This document shows positions 44,816-55,093 of a stretch of DNA of 64,000 bases, in pieces. Made by a program: the position numbers and the translations under genes. The notes below the pieces were generated by a model. The model was not told where the DNA came from, did no database searches, and saw nothing but the letters and a program-made list of their open reading frames with translations. Each line of letters starts with the position of its first letter. Position 1 is the first letter of the stretch. The stretch comes from an uncultured delta proteobacterium. GTDB lineage: Bacteria > Myxococcota > Myxococcia > Myxococcales > Anaeromyxobacteraceae. The stretch covers positions 8,489 to 72,488 of the forward strand of contig CAWHDZ010000028.1 of the NCBI GenBank assembly GCA_963828255.1. The letters run 5' to 3'.

Positions 44816-45814
44816 ATGCGCTCGACGGTGCTCGGAGCGGGATCCTGGGGTACGGCCCTCGCCTCCGTGCTGGCCAGCAAGGGGTATCCGGTCACGCTCT
44901 GGGGACGCGACGTCCCGGTGCTCGACGCGGTGGTGAAGGACCACGAGAACCCGCGCTACCTGCCGGGCGTCAAGCTGCCGCCTTCGCTGGGGGCCTCCGC
45001 GAGCCTGGCCCGCGCGCTCGAGGGAGCCGAGCTGGTCGTGTTCGCCGTCCCCAGCTCGGGGATGCGCCAGGTCGCCATCGAGTCGAAGCGCTACCTCCAC
45101 GCCGGAACCGCGGTGGTCTCGGCGGCCAAGGGCATCGAGGAAGGCAGCCTCATGTCCATGGCCGAGGTGCTCGAGGACGTGCTGCCGGTGGCCATGCACC
45201 CGTACCTGGCCTACGTCGGCGGCCCCTCCTTCGCGAAGGAGGTGGTGCAGCAGATGCCCACCGCCATCACCGTGGCCGGGCGCTGGGACCGGGTGACCCG
45301 GTCGGTGCAGGACGCCTTCCACACCCGCTGGTTCCGGCCCTACACCTCCAACGACGTCCCCGGAAACGAGCTGGGCGGGGTGGTGAAGAACGTCATCGCC
45401 ATCGCGGCCGGCATGTCCGACGGGCTCGGGTTCGGCGCCAACGCGCGGGCCGCCCTCATCACCCGCGGGCTGGCCGAGGTGACCCGCCTGGCGGTGCGAA
45501 AGGGGGCGAACCCGCTCACGCTGGCCGGGCTCTCCGGCGTCGGCGACCTCGTCCTCACCTGCTCGTCGGACCTCTCCCGCAACCGGCGGGTGGGGTTCGG
45601 GCTCGGCAAGGGACGCACCCTGGCCGAGATCCAGGCCGAGGTCGGCCAGGTGGCCGAGGGCGTCGTGGCCGCACGCACGGTGCGTGAACTGGCCCACCGG
45701 CTCCACGTCGAGATGCCCATCACCGAGGTGGTCTACCGTGTGCTCCACCAGGACCTGACGCCCAAGCAGGCCGTGGTGGACCTCATGACCCGGGAGACCA
45801 AGGCGGAGATCTAG
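44816..45814 (+). CDS. gpsA: NAD(P)H-dependent glycerol-3-phosphate dehydrogenase
   Basis: [38 protein letters not shown]...SRN; GGAGG RBS. Confidence 0.96.
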   Translation: MRSTVLGAGSWGTALASVLASKGYPVTLWGRDVPVLDAVVKDHENPRYLPGVKLPPSLGASASLARALEGAELVVFAVPSSGMRQVAIESKRYLHAGTAVVSAAKGIEEGSLMSMAEVLEDVLPVAMHPYLAYVGGPSFAKEVVQQMPTAITVAGRWDRVTRSVQDAFHTRWFRPYTSNDVPGNELGGVVKNVIAIAAGMSDGLGFGANARAALITRGLAEVTRLAVRKGANPLTLAGLSGVGDLVLTCSSDLSRNRRVGFGLGKGRTLAEIQAEVGQVAEGVVAARTVRELAHRLHVEMPITEVVYRVLHQDLTPKQAVVDLMTRETKAEI

Positions 45815-47718
45815 TGGCGGAGCCGAGCCAGGCGACGGCCCGGGAGGCCATCCGCGCCGCCGGGGAGAAGGCCGAGCGGCTCCGCGCCTCGACGGGGCTC
45901 TCCCGCGACGAGGCGCTCGGGCTCTTCGACGACGCCTTCGCCGGGCTCGGGAACGCCGCCGCCCAGGCCAGCCTGCTGCGCAACGTCCACCCCTCTTCCG
46001 AGGTCCGGGACGCCGCCGAGCGGGACGAGCAGGAGATCGACGCCTTCCAGACCGGGCTCTCGCTCGACCGCGGCCTGTACGAGGCCCTCTCCCGCCTGGA
46101 CCTGGCCGGCGCCGACCCCGCCACGCGCTTCCTGGTCGAGAAGAGCCTGCGCGACTTCCGGCGCGCGGGGGTTGACCGCGACGAGGCCACCCGGGAACGG
46201 GTGCGCGCGCTGCGCGACGAGCTCGTGCGCATCGGGCAGGAGTTCGGGCGCAACGTCCGCGACGACGTGAAGGAGCTGCGGGTGGACCCGGCCGAGCTGG
46301 CCGGCCTGCCCGAGGACTGGCTGCGGGCGCGGCCGCCCGGCCCCGACGGCAAGGTGACGGTCACCACCGACGCCACCGACTACGTGCCGGTGGTGACCTG
46401 GGCCGGGAGCGCCGCCCTGCGGGAGCAGCTCTGGCGCCTGCAGCGGCAGCGGGCCCACCCGGCCAACCTGGAGGTGCTGGCGCGGATGCTCTCCCGCCGG
46501 ACCGAGCTGGCCCGGCTGCTCGGCCACCCCACCTGGGCCGCCTACGCCACCGAGGACAAGATGATCGGCGGGGAGGCCCAGGCCGCCGCCTTCGTCGAGA
46601 AGATCGCCGACGCGGCGGGGGACCGCATGCGGCGCGACCACGCCGACCTGCTGGCCCGCAAGCGGCGCGACGAGCCCGGGGCCGGGTCCGTGGATCCGTG
46701 GGACTCGGCCTTCTACGCGGAGAAGATCAAGGCCGAACGCTTCGGCGCCGACGCCCGCGCCGCCCGCCCGTACCTCGAGTACCGGGCCGTCCGCGACGGC
46801 ATCCTCGCGCTCACCGGGCTGCTCTTCGGCGTCGCCTACCGGCGCGTCGAGGTCCCGGACGCCTGGCACCCCGAGGTCGAGGTCTTCGACGTGGTCGAGG
46901 GGGACCGGGCGCTGGGGCGCATCTGGCTCGACATGCACCCGCGCGAGGGCAAGTACAAGCACTTCGCCCAGTTCACCCGGGTGAACGGACAGGCCGGGCG
47001 CCGCCTGCCCGAGGGGGTGCTGGTCTGCAACTTCCCCCGGCCCGGCGAGGCCCCGGCGCTCCTCGACCTCTCCGAGGTGCGCACCCTCCTCCACGAGTTC
47101 GGGCACCTGCTCCACCACGTCCTGGGAGGCCACACCCGCTGGAGCGCCCACTCCGGGGTGGCCACCGAGTGGGACTTCGTGGAGGCGCCCTCGCAGCTGC
47201 TCGAGGAGTGGGTGCGCGACCCGGTGGTGCTGCGCCGCTTCGCCCGGCACGTCGAGACCGGCGAGCCCATCCCCGAGGAGCTGGTGCGCCGCCTCGACGC
47301 CTCCGAGGAGTTCGGCAAGGGGCTCACCGTCCGGCAGCAGATGTTCTACGCGGCGGTGAGCCTGGAGCTGCACCGGCGCGACCCGGATGGGCTCGACACC
47401 ACGGCGCTGGTGGCCGGGCTGATGGAGCGCTACACGCCCTTCCGCCACGTGCCCGGGACCTTCTTCCACGAGTCCTTCGGCCACCTCGACGGCTACTCGG
47501 CCCTCTACTACACGTACATGTGGTCGCTCGTCATCGCCAAGGACCTCTTCTCGCCCTTCCAGGAGGAGGGGCTGCTCACGCCGGCGCCGGCCCTCAGGTA
47601 CCGCAGGGCGGTGCTCGAGCCGGGGGGCTCGAAGCCGGCGGCCGAGCTGGTCCACGACTTCCTCGGGCGCGACGCGAGCTTCGCCCCCTTCGCGCGCTGG
47701 CTGTCGTCTGGAGGCTGA
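45814..47718 (+). CDS. M3 family (thimet-like) oligopeptidase
   Basis: LDMHPREGKYKH, LLHEFGHLLH, WDFVEAPSQLLEEW, FGHLDGYSALYYTYMWS. Confidence 0.92.
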   Translation: MAEPSQATAREAIRAAGEKAERLRASTGLSRDEALGLFDDAFAGLGNAAAQASLLRNVHPSSEVRDAAERDEQEIDAFQTGLSLDRGLYEALSRLDLAGADPATRFLVEKSLRDFRRAGVDRDEATRERVRALRDELVRIGQEFGRNVRDDVKELRVDPAELAGLPEDWLRARPPGPDGKVTVTTDATDYVPVVTWAGSAALREQLWRLQRQRAHPANLEVLARMLSRRTELARLLGHPTWAAYATEDKMIGGEAQAAAFVEKIADAAGDRMRRDHADLLARKRRDEPGAGSVDPWDSAFYAEKIKAERFGADARAARPYLEYRAVRDGILALTGLLFGVAYRRVEVPDAWHPEVEVFDVVEGDRALGRIWLDMHPREGKYKHFAQFTRVNGQAGRRLPEGVLVCNFPRPGEAPALLDLSEVRTLLHEFGHLLHHVLGGHTRWSAHSGVATEWDFVEAPSQLLEEWVRDPVVLRRFARHVETGEPIPEELVRRLDASEEFGKGLTVRQQMFYAAVSLELHRRDPDGLDTTALVAGLMERYTPFRHVPGTFFHESFGHLDGYSALYYTYMWSLVIAKDLFSPFQEEGLLTPAPALRYRRAVLEPGGSKPAAELVHDFLGRDASFAPFARWLSSGG

Positions 47719-47721
47719 CCG

Positions 47722-48612
47722 ATGACCGAGACCCGGTTCCACGAGAGCGGCCCGCGCCGCCGCATCAAGGAGATGGAGGTGATGGTGGCGGATCTCAAGG
47801 TGGAGGCCCACGACACCGTCACCCTCATCCTCTTCACCGGCAACGATCACCTCGAGTACAAGGCCGGCCACTTCCTCACCATCGACCCGCACCAGTTCGA
47901 GGCGCTCGACCGCTTCATCACCTTCTTCGAGGACGTGAAGGGGACGACGGAGCCGACGCGGGCCTACTCGATCTCCTCGGCCCCGCACGAGCGTTACCTG
48001 GCCATCACGGTCAAGGAGGAGCGCTACGTCTCCGGCGTCACCAGGTACCCGCCGCTGCTCTCCCCGCTCCTGGTGAAGCGGACCACGCGCGGCATGCGGC
48101 TCGTCATCACTGGATTTACCGGCCCGTACGTGCTCCCCGACGACGTGGAGCAGCAGACCGACCACGTGGTGCACGTGGTGGCCGGCTCCGGCGCGGTGCC
48201 CAACTTCGCCATGGTGAAGTGGGCCCTCGTTCACTGTCCGTCGATCTGCCACACCTGGGTCTGCTCCAACAAGGGCTGGCAGGACGTGCTCTTCCGCGAG
48301 GAGCTGGCCCAGCTGGAGCGGGAGAACCCCTCGCGGCTCCGGGTCGTGAATCTCCTGACCCGGGACCCGGTCACCCCGGTCTCGCAGGGGGTCTGGAAGG
48401 GGAGGATCAGCGCCGCCAGCCTGAAGGAGCTGGTGCCGGATCCGCGGGCCGCGCTGGTCTACGCCTGCGGCCCGGCCAACGGTCCCCACGAGAGGGCGGC
48501 CGCCAAGGCCAGGGGGGAGGAGCCGCAGCCCCGCTTCCTCGAGTCGGCCCTGGCCGCCATCCGCGAGGCCGGTGTCCCCGGGGACCGGATCAAGATGGAG
48601 TCGTGGGGGTGA
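47722..48612 (+). CDS. Ferredoxin-NADP reductase-like FAD/NAD(P)-binding oxidoreductase
   Basis: RAYSISS, GFTGPY, VAGSGAVP, YACGP; no Fe-S domain. Confidence 0.8.
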   Translation: MTETRFHESGPRRRIKEMEVMVADLKVEAHDTVTLILFTGNDHLEYKAGHFLTIDPHQFEALDRFITFFEDVKGTTEPTRAYSISSAPHERYLAITVKEERYVSGVTRYPPLLSPLLVKRTTRGMRLVITGFTGPYVLPDDVEQQTDHVVHVVAGSGAVPNFAMVKWALVHCPSICHTWVCSNKGWQDVLFREELAQLERENPSRLRVVNLLTRDPVTPVSQGVWKGRISAASLKELVPDPRAALVYACGPANGPHERAAAKARGEEPQPRFLESALAAIREAGVPGDRIKMESWG

Positions 48613-49412
48613 ACCCGGGCCGGACGCTCCGCGCCGCCCCGACGCTCCTGCGGGTGGGGTTCTCCGAGGCGGTCGCGTACCGGGCCGAGTTCCTGGTCTG
48701 GCTGCTCTCCACCAACATGCCGCTCGTCATGCTGGCGCTCTGGAGCGCGGTGGCGCGGGACGGGCCGGTGGGGCGGTTCAGCCAGGCCGACTTCGCCGCC
48801 TACTACCTGGCCGCGCTGGTGGTCCGGCTCATGACCGGCGCCTGGGTGGTCTGGGAGATGAACTTCGAGATCCGGCAGGGGACGCTGGCCTTCCGGCTGC
48901 TGCGCCCGGTGCATCCACTGGTGGCCTACGCCGCCGAGAACGTGGCCGCCATGCCGGTGCGGCTGGCCGTCTCGCTGCCGGTGGCGCTGCTCGCCCTCTG
49001 GATCCTGGGGAAGGATCACGTCACCCACGACCCGCTGCTCCTGGCCCTCTTCCCGGTGACGGTCTTCTCGGCCTGGCTCATCACCTACCTGGCCATGGCC
49101 GCGGTGGGCTGCCTGGCCTTCTGGCTCGAGTCGGCCACCTCCCTCTTCGACGTCTGGCTTGGGTTCTTCGGGATCTTCTCCGGCTACCTGGTCCCGCTGG
49201 AGCTCTATCCACGATGGGTGAATGAGGTCTCCTTCTTCCTGCCCTTCCGCTACATGCTGGCCTTCCCGGTGGAGCTGGTGACCGGGGGGCTCACCCGGTC
49301 CCAGGCGCTGGCCCAGCTCGCCGCGCAGCAGGCCTTCGTGCTCCTCCTGCTCGGGGCGGCGGCCGGGATGTGGCGGCTGGGCACCCGCCGCTTCGCCGCC
49401 TTCGGAGGATAG
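48609..49412 (+). CDS. ABC-2 family transporter permease
   Basis: AVAYRAEF, EIRQGTLAFRLLRP, SGYLVPLELYP, LPFRY; ends AFGG. Confidence 0.88.
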   Translation: MNPGRTLRAAPTLLRVGFSEAVAYRAEFLVWLLSTNMPLVMLALWSAVARDGPVGRFSQADFAAYYLAALVVRLMTGAWVVWEMNFEIRQGTLAFRLLRPVHPLVAYAAENVAAMPVRLAVSLPVALLALWILGKDHVTHDPLLLALFPVTVFSAWLITYLAMAAVGCLAFWLESATSLFDVWLGFFGIFSGYLVPLELYPRWVNEVSFFLPFRYMLAFPVELVTGGLTRSQALAQLAAQQAFVLLLLGAAAGMWRLGTRRFAAFGG

Positions 49413-49417
49413 GGCAG

Positions 49418-50215
49418 GTGCACTGGGCGCTCCGCCACCTCCGGCTCCTGGCGGTCCAGTTCCGGGCCTCCCTGCAGACCTCCATGCAGTACCGCATGGA
49501 CTTCCTGGTCCAGGGGGCCATGTCGTTCTTCTGGATGGCCTGGGCGCTGGTGCCGCTGCTCGTCGTCTTCGGCAAGCGCGACCGGGTGGCCGGCTGGGAC
49601 CTCGATCACGCACTCGTGGTGATGGGCTGGTTCCTGGCCATGAAGGGGGTGCTGGAGGGGGCGGTGAACCCGTCGCTGGCCAGCGTGGTCGAGCACATCC
49701 GCAAGGGGACGCTCGACCTGGTGCTGCTCAAGCCGGTGGACGCCCAGTTCCTGGTCTCCACGGCCAAGTTCGCGCCCTGGCACGTGGTGGACGTGGCGGC
49801 CGGCGCGGGGGTGATCGCCTGGGCCTTCTCCCGGCTCTCGCGCTGGCCGGGAGCGGCCGACGTGGCCTCGGCGCTGCTCCTCACCTTCTGCGCCGTGGCC
49901 GTCCTCTACTCGATGTGGATCCTGGTGGTGTCGGCCGCCTTCTTCGTGGTGAAGGTGGACAACCTGTCCTTCCTGTTCCTCTCCATCTTCGACGCGGCCC
50001 GCTGGCCGGTCTCGGTCTTCACCGGCTTCTGGCGCTTCCTCTTCACCGTGGTCATCCCGCTGGCCCTCATGACCACCTTCCCGGCCGAGGCGCTGCTGGG
50101 GCGCATCCGGCCGGTGGCGGTGCTGCTGGCGGTGGCCGGGTCGCTCGCCTTCGTGGCCTCCGCACGGTTGGTTTGGCTGCGGGCCATCGCGCGGTATACC
50201 TCGGCCTCGTCCTGA
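49418..50215 (+). CDS. ABC-2 family transporter permease
   Basis: MQYRMDF, IRKGTLDLVLLKPVDAQF, WPVSVF; ends YTSASS. Confidence 0.88.
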   Translation: MHWALRHLRLLAVQFRASLQTSMQYRMDFLVQGAMSFFWMAWALVPLLVVFGKRDRVAGWDLDHALVVMGWFLAMKGVLEGAVNPSLASVVEHIRKGTLDLVLLKPVDAQFLVSTAKFAPWHVVDVAAGAGVIAWAFSRLSRWPGAADVASALLLTFCAVAVLYSMWILVVSAAFFVVKVDNLSFLFLSIFDAARWPVSVFTGFWRFLFTVVIPLALMTTFPAEALLGRIRPVAVLLAVAGSLAFVASARLVWLRAIARYTSASS

Positions 50216-50224
50216 CCGACCGCC

Positions 50225-51142
50225 ATGCTCCGCCTCACCTTCCTCGGCACCTCGGGTGCCATGCCCACGGCCGCCCGCAACCTGTCGGGGCTCTCGGTGC
50301 GCCACGGGCGGGAGCACTACCTCTTCGACTGCGGCGAGGGCACGCAGCGCCAGATGATCCGGTACGGCACCGGGTTCGACGTGACGGCCATCTGCTTCAC
50401 CCACTTCCACGCCGACCACTACATCGGCGCCATCGGCTTCGTGCGAACCCTCTCCATGCTGGGGCGGGGCCGGGCCCTCGACGTCTACGGCCCGGCGCCG
50501 GCGCGGCGGTTCCTGGAGGAGCTCTTGCTCGGGGGCACCGACCCCATGGCCTTCGAGATCCGCATCCACGAGGTGAACCCGGGCGACGCCGTCCGGCGCG
50601 ACGGCGCCACGCTGCTTCCCTGGGCCACGAGCCACCGCGTCACCTCGGTGGGGTGGGTGCTCCAGGAGGACATGCGCCCGGGGCGCTTCCACCCGGAGCG
50701 GGCCCGCGAGGCCGGCGTTCCCGAGGGGGAGCTGTGGGGGGAGCTGCAGCGCGGGCGGCCCGTGACGCTGGCCGGCGGGCGCGTGGTTCACCCCGGGTCC
50801 ATCGTCGATCCGCCCCGGCGGGGGCGGCGGGTGGCGGTCACCGGCGACACCCGGCCCTGCCCGGAGACGGCGGCGGCGGCGCGCGGGGCGGACCTGCTCG
50901 TGCACGAATGCACCTTCGGCGACGCCGAGGCCGACCGCGCGGTGGAGACCACACACTCCACGGCGCGCGAGGCGGGCCGGATGGCCCGGGAGGCGGGGGT
51001 GGCGCGGCTCGTGCTCACCCACCTCTCCACCCGCTACGACACCGTGCCCGGGCCGCTTCTCGAGCAGGCGGCCCAGGAGTACGCCGGTCCGGTCGAGGTG
51101 GCCCGCGACGGGCTGGTCGTCGAGATGGCGCGCGCGGAGTGA
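50225..51142 (+). CDS. rnz: Ribonuclease Z
   Basis: FLGTSGAMPT..RN, FDCGEGTQRQ, THFHADHYIG, exosite region, GDTRP, HST, LTHLSTRY. Confidence 0.93.
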   Translation: MLRLTFLGTSGAMPTAARNLSGLSVRHGREHYLFDCGEGTQRQMIRYGTGFDVTAICFTHFHADHYIGAIGFVRTLSMLGRGRALDVYGPAPARRFLEELLLGGTDPMAFEIRIHEVNPGDAVRRDGATLLPWATSHRVTSVGWVLQEDMRPGRFHPERAREAGVPEGELWGELQRGRPVTLAGGRVVHPGSIVDPPRRGRRVAVTGDTRPCPETAAAARGADLLVHECTFGDAEADRAVETTHSTAREAGRMAREAGVARLVLTHLSTRYDTVPGPLLEQAAQEYAGPVEVARDGLVVEMARAE

Positions 51143-52329
51143 ACGTGGGAACCCCCTCCGACGACCTGCGCCGCTGGATTCCCGGGCTGCTCGCGGCCTG
51201 GCGGGGACTGCGCCGCGAGGCGCACCGCGGTGCGCGCCCTCCGCCGGATCGGCTCCTCCCGGACGAGCTTCGCGAGGTGGCCGCGGCCGTGCAGCGCCTC
51301 TCGCTGGGGCTCACCCGGGATCGGAAGCTCATCGGGGCCCGCTACCTCGACGACGACCGGCTGCTCGGCGCCTACCTGCTCTTCTACTGGCCGGTCTCCT
51401 ACCTCCAGGCCCGCGGGGTCCTCTCCGAGCTTCCGCGGAGGCCGCGGTCGGCGCTCGACCTGGGCAGCGGGCCCGGGCCGGTGGCCTTCGCCGCGCTCGA
51501 CGCCGGGGCCGCCGAGGTGGTGGCCGCCGACCGGTCGGCCCGGGCGCTCCTGGCGGCGCGACGGCTGGCCGCCGAGGCCGGCGAGCCCATCTCGACGCGG
51601 GAGTGGGACCCGCAGCGGCGCGGCGGCCTCTCCGGCCTGGCCGGCGGCCGGAAGTTCGACCTCGTCACCATGGGTCACGTGGTGAACGAGCTCTTCCAGG
51701 GGGATGGGGCGGCGACGCGGCGGGCGGCCCTCCTCGAGGAGGCGCTCGGCCTGCTGGCGCCGGGCGGGTCGCTGGTGGTGATCGAGCCGGCGCTGCGCGA
51801 CACCTCCCGGGCGCTGCTCGAGGTGCGCGATCTCCTGGTCGCGGGCGGCGTGGCGGTCCGCGCCCCCTGCCTGTTCCGCGGCGCCTGCCCGGCGCTCACC
51901 CGCCCCACCGACTGGTGCCACGCCGAGCGGCCGGTCGATCCGCCCCTGCTGGTGGACGAGATCGGGCGGCGCGCCGGGCTCCGCAAGGAGGCGGTGAAGA
52001 TGAGCTACCTCGTGCTGGCGCCGCGGGGGGAGGGGTGGAGCGAGCCGCCGACGGGGCTCGCCTTCCGCATCGTCTCGGAACCGCTGCCGTCCAAGGGGCG
52101 GCTTCGCTACATGGGGTGCGGGCCGGAGGGGCGCAAGGGGCTCGCGCTGCAGGAGAAGGACGTGACGACGCGCAACCGGGCCTTCGAGGGGCTCCTGCGG
52201 GGGGACGTCGTCGGGATCACCTCGGTCGAGCCGCGGGGGGACGGGCTCCGGCTGTCGCCGGAGTCGGACGTCCGGGTGATCGCGGCGGCCGGGATGCCGG
52301 TGGCGAAGAATTTCCAGGGAGAGGGGTGA
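51139..52329 (+). CDS. Rsm22/METTL17-family SAM-dependent methyltransferase
   Basis: AYLLFYWP, LDLGSGPG, VVNEL, VIEPA, APC...CP...WCH. Confidence 0.8.
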   Translation: MNVGTPSDDLRRWIPGLLAAWRGLRREAHRGARPPPDRLLPDELREVAAAVQRLSLGLTRDRKLIGARYLDDDRLLGAYLLFYWPVSYLQARGVLSELPRRPRSALDLGSGPGPVAFAALDAGAAEVVAADRSARALLAARRLAAEAGEPISTREWDPQRRGGLSGLAGGRKFDLVTMGHVVNELFQGDGAATRRAALLEEALGLLAPGGSLVVIEPALRDTSRALLEVRDLLVAGGVAVRAPCLFRGACPALTRPTDWCHAERPVDPPLLVDEIGRRAGLRKEAVKMSYLVLAPRGEGWSEPPTGLAFRIVSEPLPSKGRLRYMGCGPEGRKGLALQEKDVTTRNRAFEGLLRGDVVGITSVEPRGDGLRLSPESDVRVIAAAGMPVAKNFQGEG

Positions 52330-52333
52330 GTCG

Positions 52334-53566
52334 ATGGGCAAGCGACGCGTGGTGGTGACGGGGATGGGGGTGGCGAGCCCGCTGGGGTGCGACGTCGCGT
52401 CGTTCTGGCGACGGCTCCTGGCGGGAGAGTCGGGCGTGGTGGCGCTCGAGGATCCCGAGTTCGCGTCCTTCCCGACGCGCGTCGGCGCGCGGGTCCAGGG
52501 CTACGTCGCGGCCGACCACTTCGAGGTCAGGGAGGCGCGCCGCACCAGCCTCACCTCCCAGTTCGCGGTCGTGGCCGCCACCCAGGCCGTGGCGCAGGCG
52601 CGCCTCCTCGACGGTGGGGTCGATCGGCAGGAGACCGCGGTGCTCATCGGGAGCGCCATCGGTGGCTTCAGCGCCTCCGACCACTTCTACCGGGACTTCT
52701 ACCTCAAGGGGCGCGCCGGACCGCTCATCATCCCCACGTCCATGAACAGCGGCCCCTCCGCCAACGTGTCGATCCGCTTCGGCCTGGGCGGCCCGCTCTT
52801 CAACGTGGACGGGGCCTGCGCCTCGGGGACGCACAGCATCGGGCAGGCCTTCCAGATGATCCGTTCGGGCCTGCTCGACGTGGCCCTGGCCGGCGGCGCC
52901 GACACCTCGTTCACGCTGGGTGTCATGACGGCCTGGAGCGCGCTGCGCGTGCTCTCGAAGCTCACCGACGAGCCGGCCCGGGCCTGCCGCCCGTTCAGCG
53001 CGGATCGCGACGGCATCGTCCTGGGGGAGGGGGCGGGCGTCCTCGTCCTCGAGTCCGAGGAATCGGCCCGGAGGCGTGGCGCGGAGATCCTGGCCGAGGT
53101 CCTCGGGTACGGGGCCTCGGCGGACTGCCACAGCCTGACGCAGCCCTCGCCCGAGGGGCCCACCCGGGCGCTCCGCAAGGCCCTCACCGACGCTTCCCTC
53201 CGCCCGGAGCAGGTCGGCTACGTGAATGCCCACGGGACCGGGACCGACTGGAACGACCGGACCGAGACCACCGTGATCAAGAACGCCCTCGGGGACCAGG
53301 CCCGGAGGACGATGGTGGTCGCGAACAAGGGAGCGCTGGGGCACGGCATCTCGGCGGGCGGGGCCCTCGAGCTCATCGGCTGCATCCTGACCCTGCGCGA
53401 CCGGTTGGTTCCCCCGACCATCAACCACACCGTCGCCGATCCGGAGTGCGACCTCGACTACGTGACCACGGGCGCCCGCGCCTACGAGGGGGACTTCGCC
53501 GTGAGCAACTCCTTCGCCTTCGGCGGGAGCAATGCGGTCGTGGTGGTGGGGAGGTATCGGAGCTGA
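52334..53566 (+). CDS. Beta-ketoacyl-ACP synthase II (FabF-like)
   Basis: RVVVTGMG, GACASG (Cys), NAHGTGT (His), KGALGHG (His), SNSFAFGGSN. Confidence 0.92.
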   Translation: MGKRRVVVTGMGVASPLGCDVASFWRRLLAGESGVVALEDPEFASFPTRVGARVQGYVAADHFEVREARRTSLTSQFAVVAATQAVAQARLLDGGVDRQETAVLIGSAIGGFSASDHFYRDFYLKGRAGPLIIPTSMNSGPSANVSIRFGLGGPLFNVDGACASGTHSIGQAFQMIRSGLLDVALAGGADTSFTLGVMTAWSALRVLSKLTDEPARACRPFSADRDGIVLGEGAGVLVLESEESARRRGAEILAEVLGYGASADCHSLTQPSPEGPTRALRKALTDASLRPEQVGYVNAHGTGTDWNDRTETTVIKNALGDQARRTMVVANKGALGHGISAGGALELIGCILTLRDRLVPPTINHTVADPECDLDYVTTGARAYEGDFAVSNSFAFGGSNAVVVVGRYRS

Positions 53567-54056
53567 TCGCGAGGCGCCTTCGTTCCGGAAGGCCGGATGC
53601 CGCCGGCGCCTGGGCGTCCCTCTCCGCGGCGCTGGTCCTTCCGGCGATATCGTACGGCGAGTGAATGGCGCCGGGTCACACCGGGCCAGAGCATCGCCAG
53701 TTCCCGGCGCCCGGTGCGGAGGCGCCGCTGCGAGGGGCGCCCGAGCCGGCTGGGACGGCCCGGGCCGAAGGCGACGCGAACAGCGCGCCTCGTGGGGGGA
53801 TCCGGGCGGCCACTCGCGGGCACTCGTTCAAGAGCGGCGAGCCGCGAGACCGTGCGGCCGGCGCGCGATCGCGGGTGACGCCCCTCCGCCAGGCGCCCGG
53901 GGTGGCCTCGGCGCGGGGCGCCTCCGCAGCGGCGACCCGTTCTTCCCCCTCCTCCGCTGTGCGCGCCGCGAGGACAAGCGCCCCCTGCGACGAGGCGCAC
54001 CCACGGGGCGCCGGCACCACGGTGGGACGTCACCCGCGACCGCTCCGTGCGGCCGC

Positions 54057-55040
54057 CTACGGCCCCGCCGCGCGCCGCCCCTGGAAGAGCTCGCTCATGA
54101 TCTCCTCGAGCGGGGGCTCCTCCACCGTGAGGTCCGTGACCGGGAGCGAGGAGAGCAGCCGGCCGACGACGGTTGCCACCTGGTCACCGGGGACGCGGTA
54201 GACGGCCTGCCCGTCGGCGTGGGAGACGACCACGCCGAGGCGGGAGAGTTCCGCCTCCGGCACCGGCTGGCCGAGCCGGACCACCACCCGCTTGTCGGGC
54301 CGGACCTCGCGGGAGAGCGTCCGCAGATCGCCGTCGTGGATGAGCCGCCCCTTGTCGATGACGACCACCCGGGGGCAGAGCGCGATCACGTCGTCCATGT
54401 AGTGGCTGGTGAGGACCACGGTGGCGCCGTGCCGCTCGTTGTAGGAGCGGATGAACTCGCGGACCGTGGCCTGCATGGTCACGTCGAGTCCGATGGTGGG
54501 CTCGTCGAGGAAGAGCACCCGCGGGCGGTGGACCAGGGAGGCGGCCAGCTCGCACTTCATCCGCTCCCCGAGGGAGAGCTGCCGCGTCGGCTTGTCCACC
54601 ACCCCGCCCAGGTCGAGCAGGTCGGAGAGCTCGCGGATGCGCGACTCGAACTCGGGGCGCGGGATCTCGTAGATGGCCCGGTTGAGGGCGAAGGTCTCGG
54701 AGGGGGGGAGGTCCCAGAGCAGCTGCTGCTTCTGCCCCATCACCAGGGTGATCGACTTGAGAAACGCGGTCTCGCGGCGCGAGGGCACGAAGCCGGCCAC
54801 CCGCACGTCGCCGGCGCTGGGGTGGAGGAGCCCGGAGAGGACCTTCAGCGTGGTGGTCTTCCCGGCCCCGTTCGGGCCGAGGAAGCCGACCCGCTCGCCG
54901 GCCGCCACCGAGAAGGAGATGCCGTCCACCGCCTTCACCGCCTCGTAGCGGCGCCGGAAGAGAGAGCGGATCGAGGCGCCCAGCCCCGGCTGGCGCCGGT
55001 GGACCTTGTACTCCTTGCGCAGCTCGCGGACCTCGATCAC
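54057..55040 (-). CDS. ABC transporter ATP-binding protein
   Basis: GPNGAGKTT, VMGQKQQLLWDLP, LSLGERMKCE, LDEPTIGLD, TSHYMDD. Confidence 0.93.
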   Translation of the reverse strand: MIEVRELRKEYKVHRRQPGLGASIRSLFRRRYEAVKAVDGISFSVAAGERVGFLGPNGAGKTTTLKVLSGLLHPSAGDVRVAGFVPSRRETAFLKSITLVMGQKQQLLWDLPPSETFALNRAIYEIPRPEFESRIRELSDLLDLGGVVDKPTRQLSLGERMKCELAASLVHRPRVLFLDEPTIGLDVTMQATVREFIRSYNERHGATVVLTSHYMDDVIALCPRVVVIDKGRLIHDGDLRTLSREVRPDKRVVVRLGQPVPEAELSRLGVVVSHADGQAVYRVPGDQVATVVGRLLSSLPVTDLTVEEPPLEEIMSELFQGRRAAGP

Positions 55041-55093
55041 GGCAGGCCACGATAAGGGCGTGCGCGCGGCACGGCAATGGTTAGGGGATCTCC

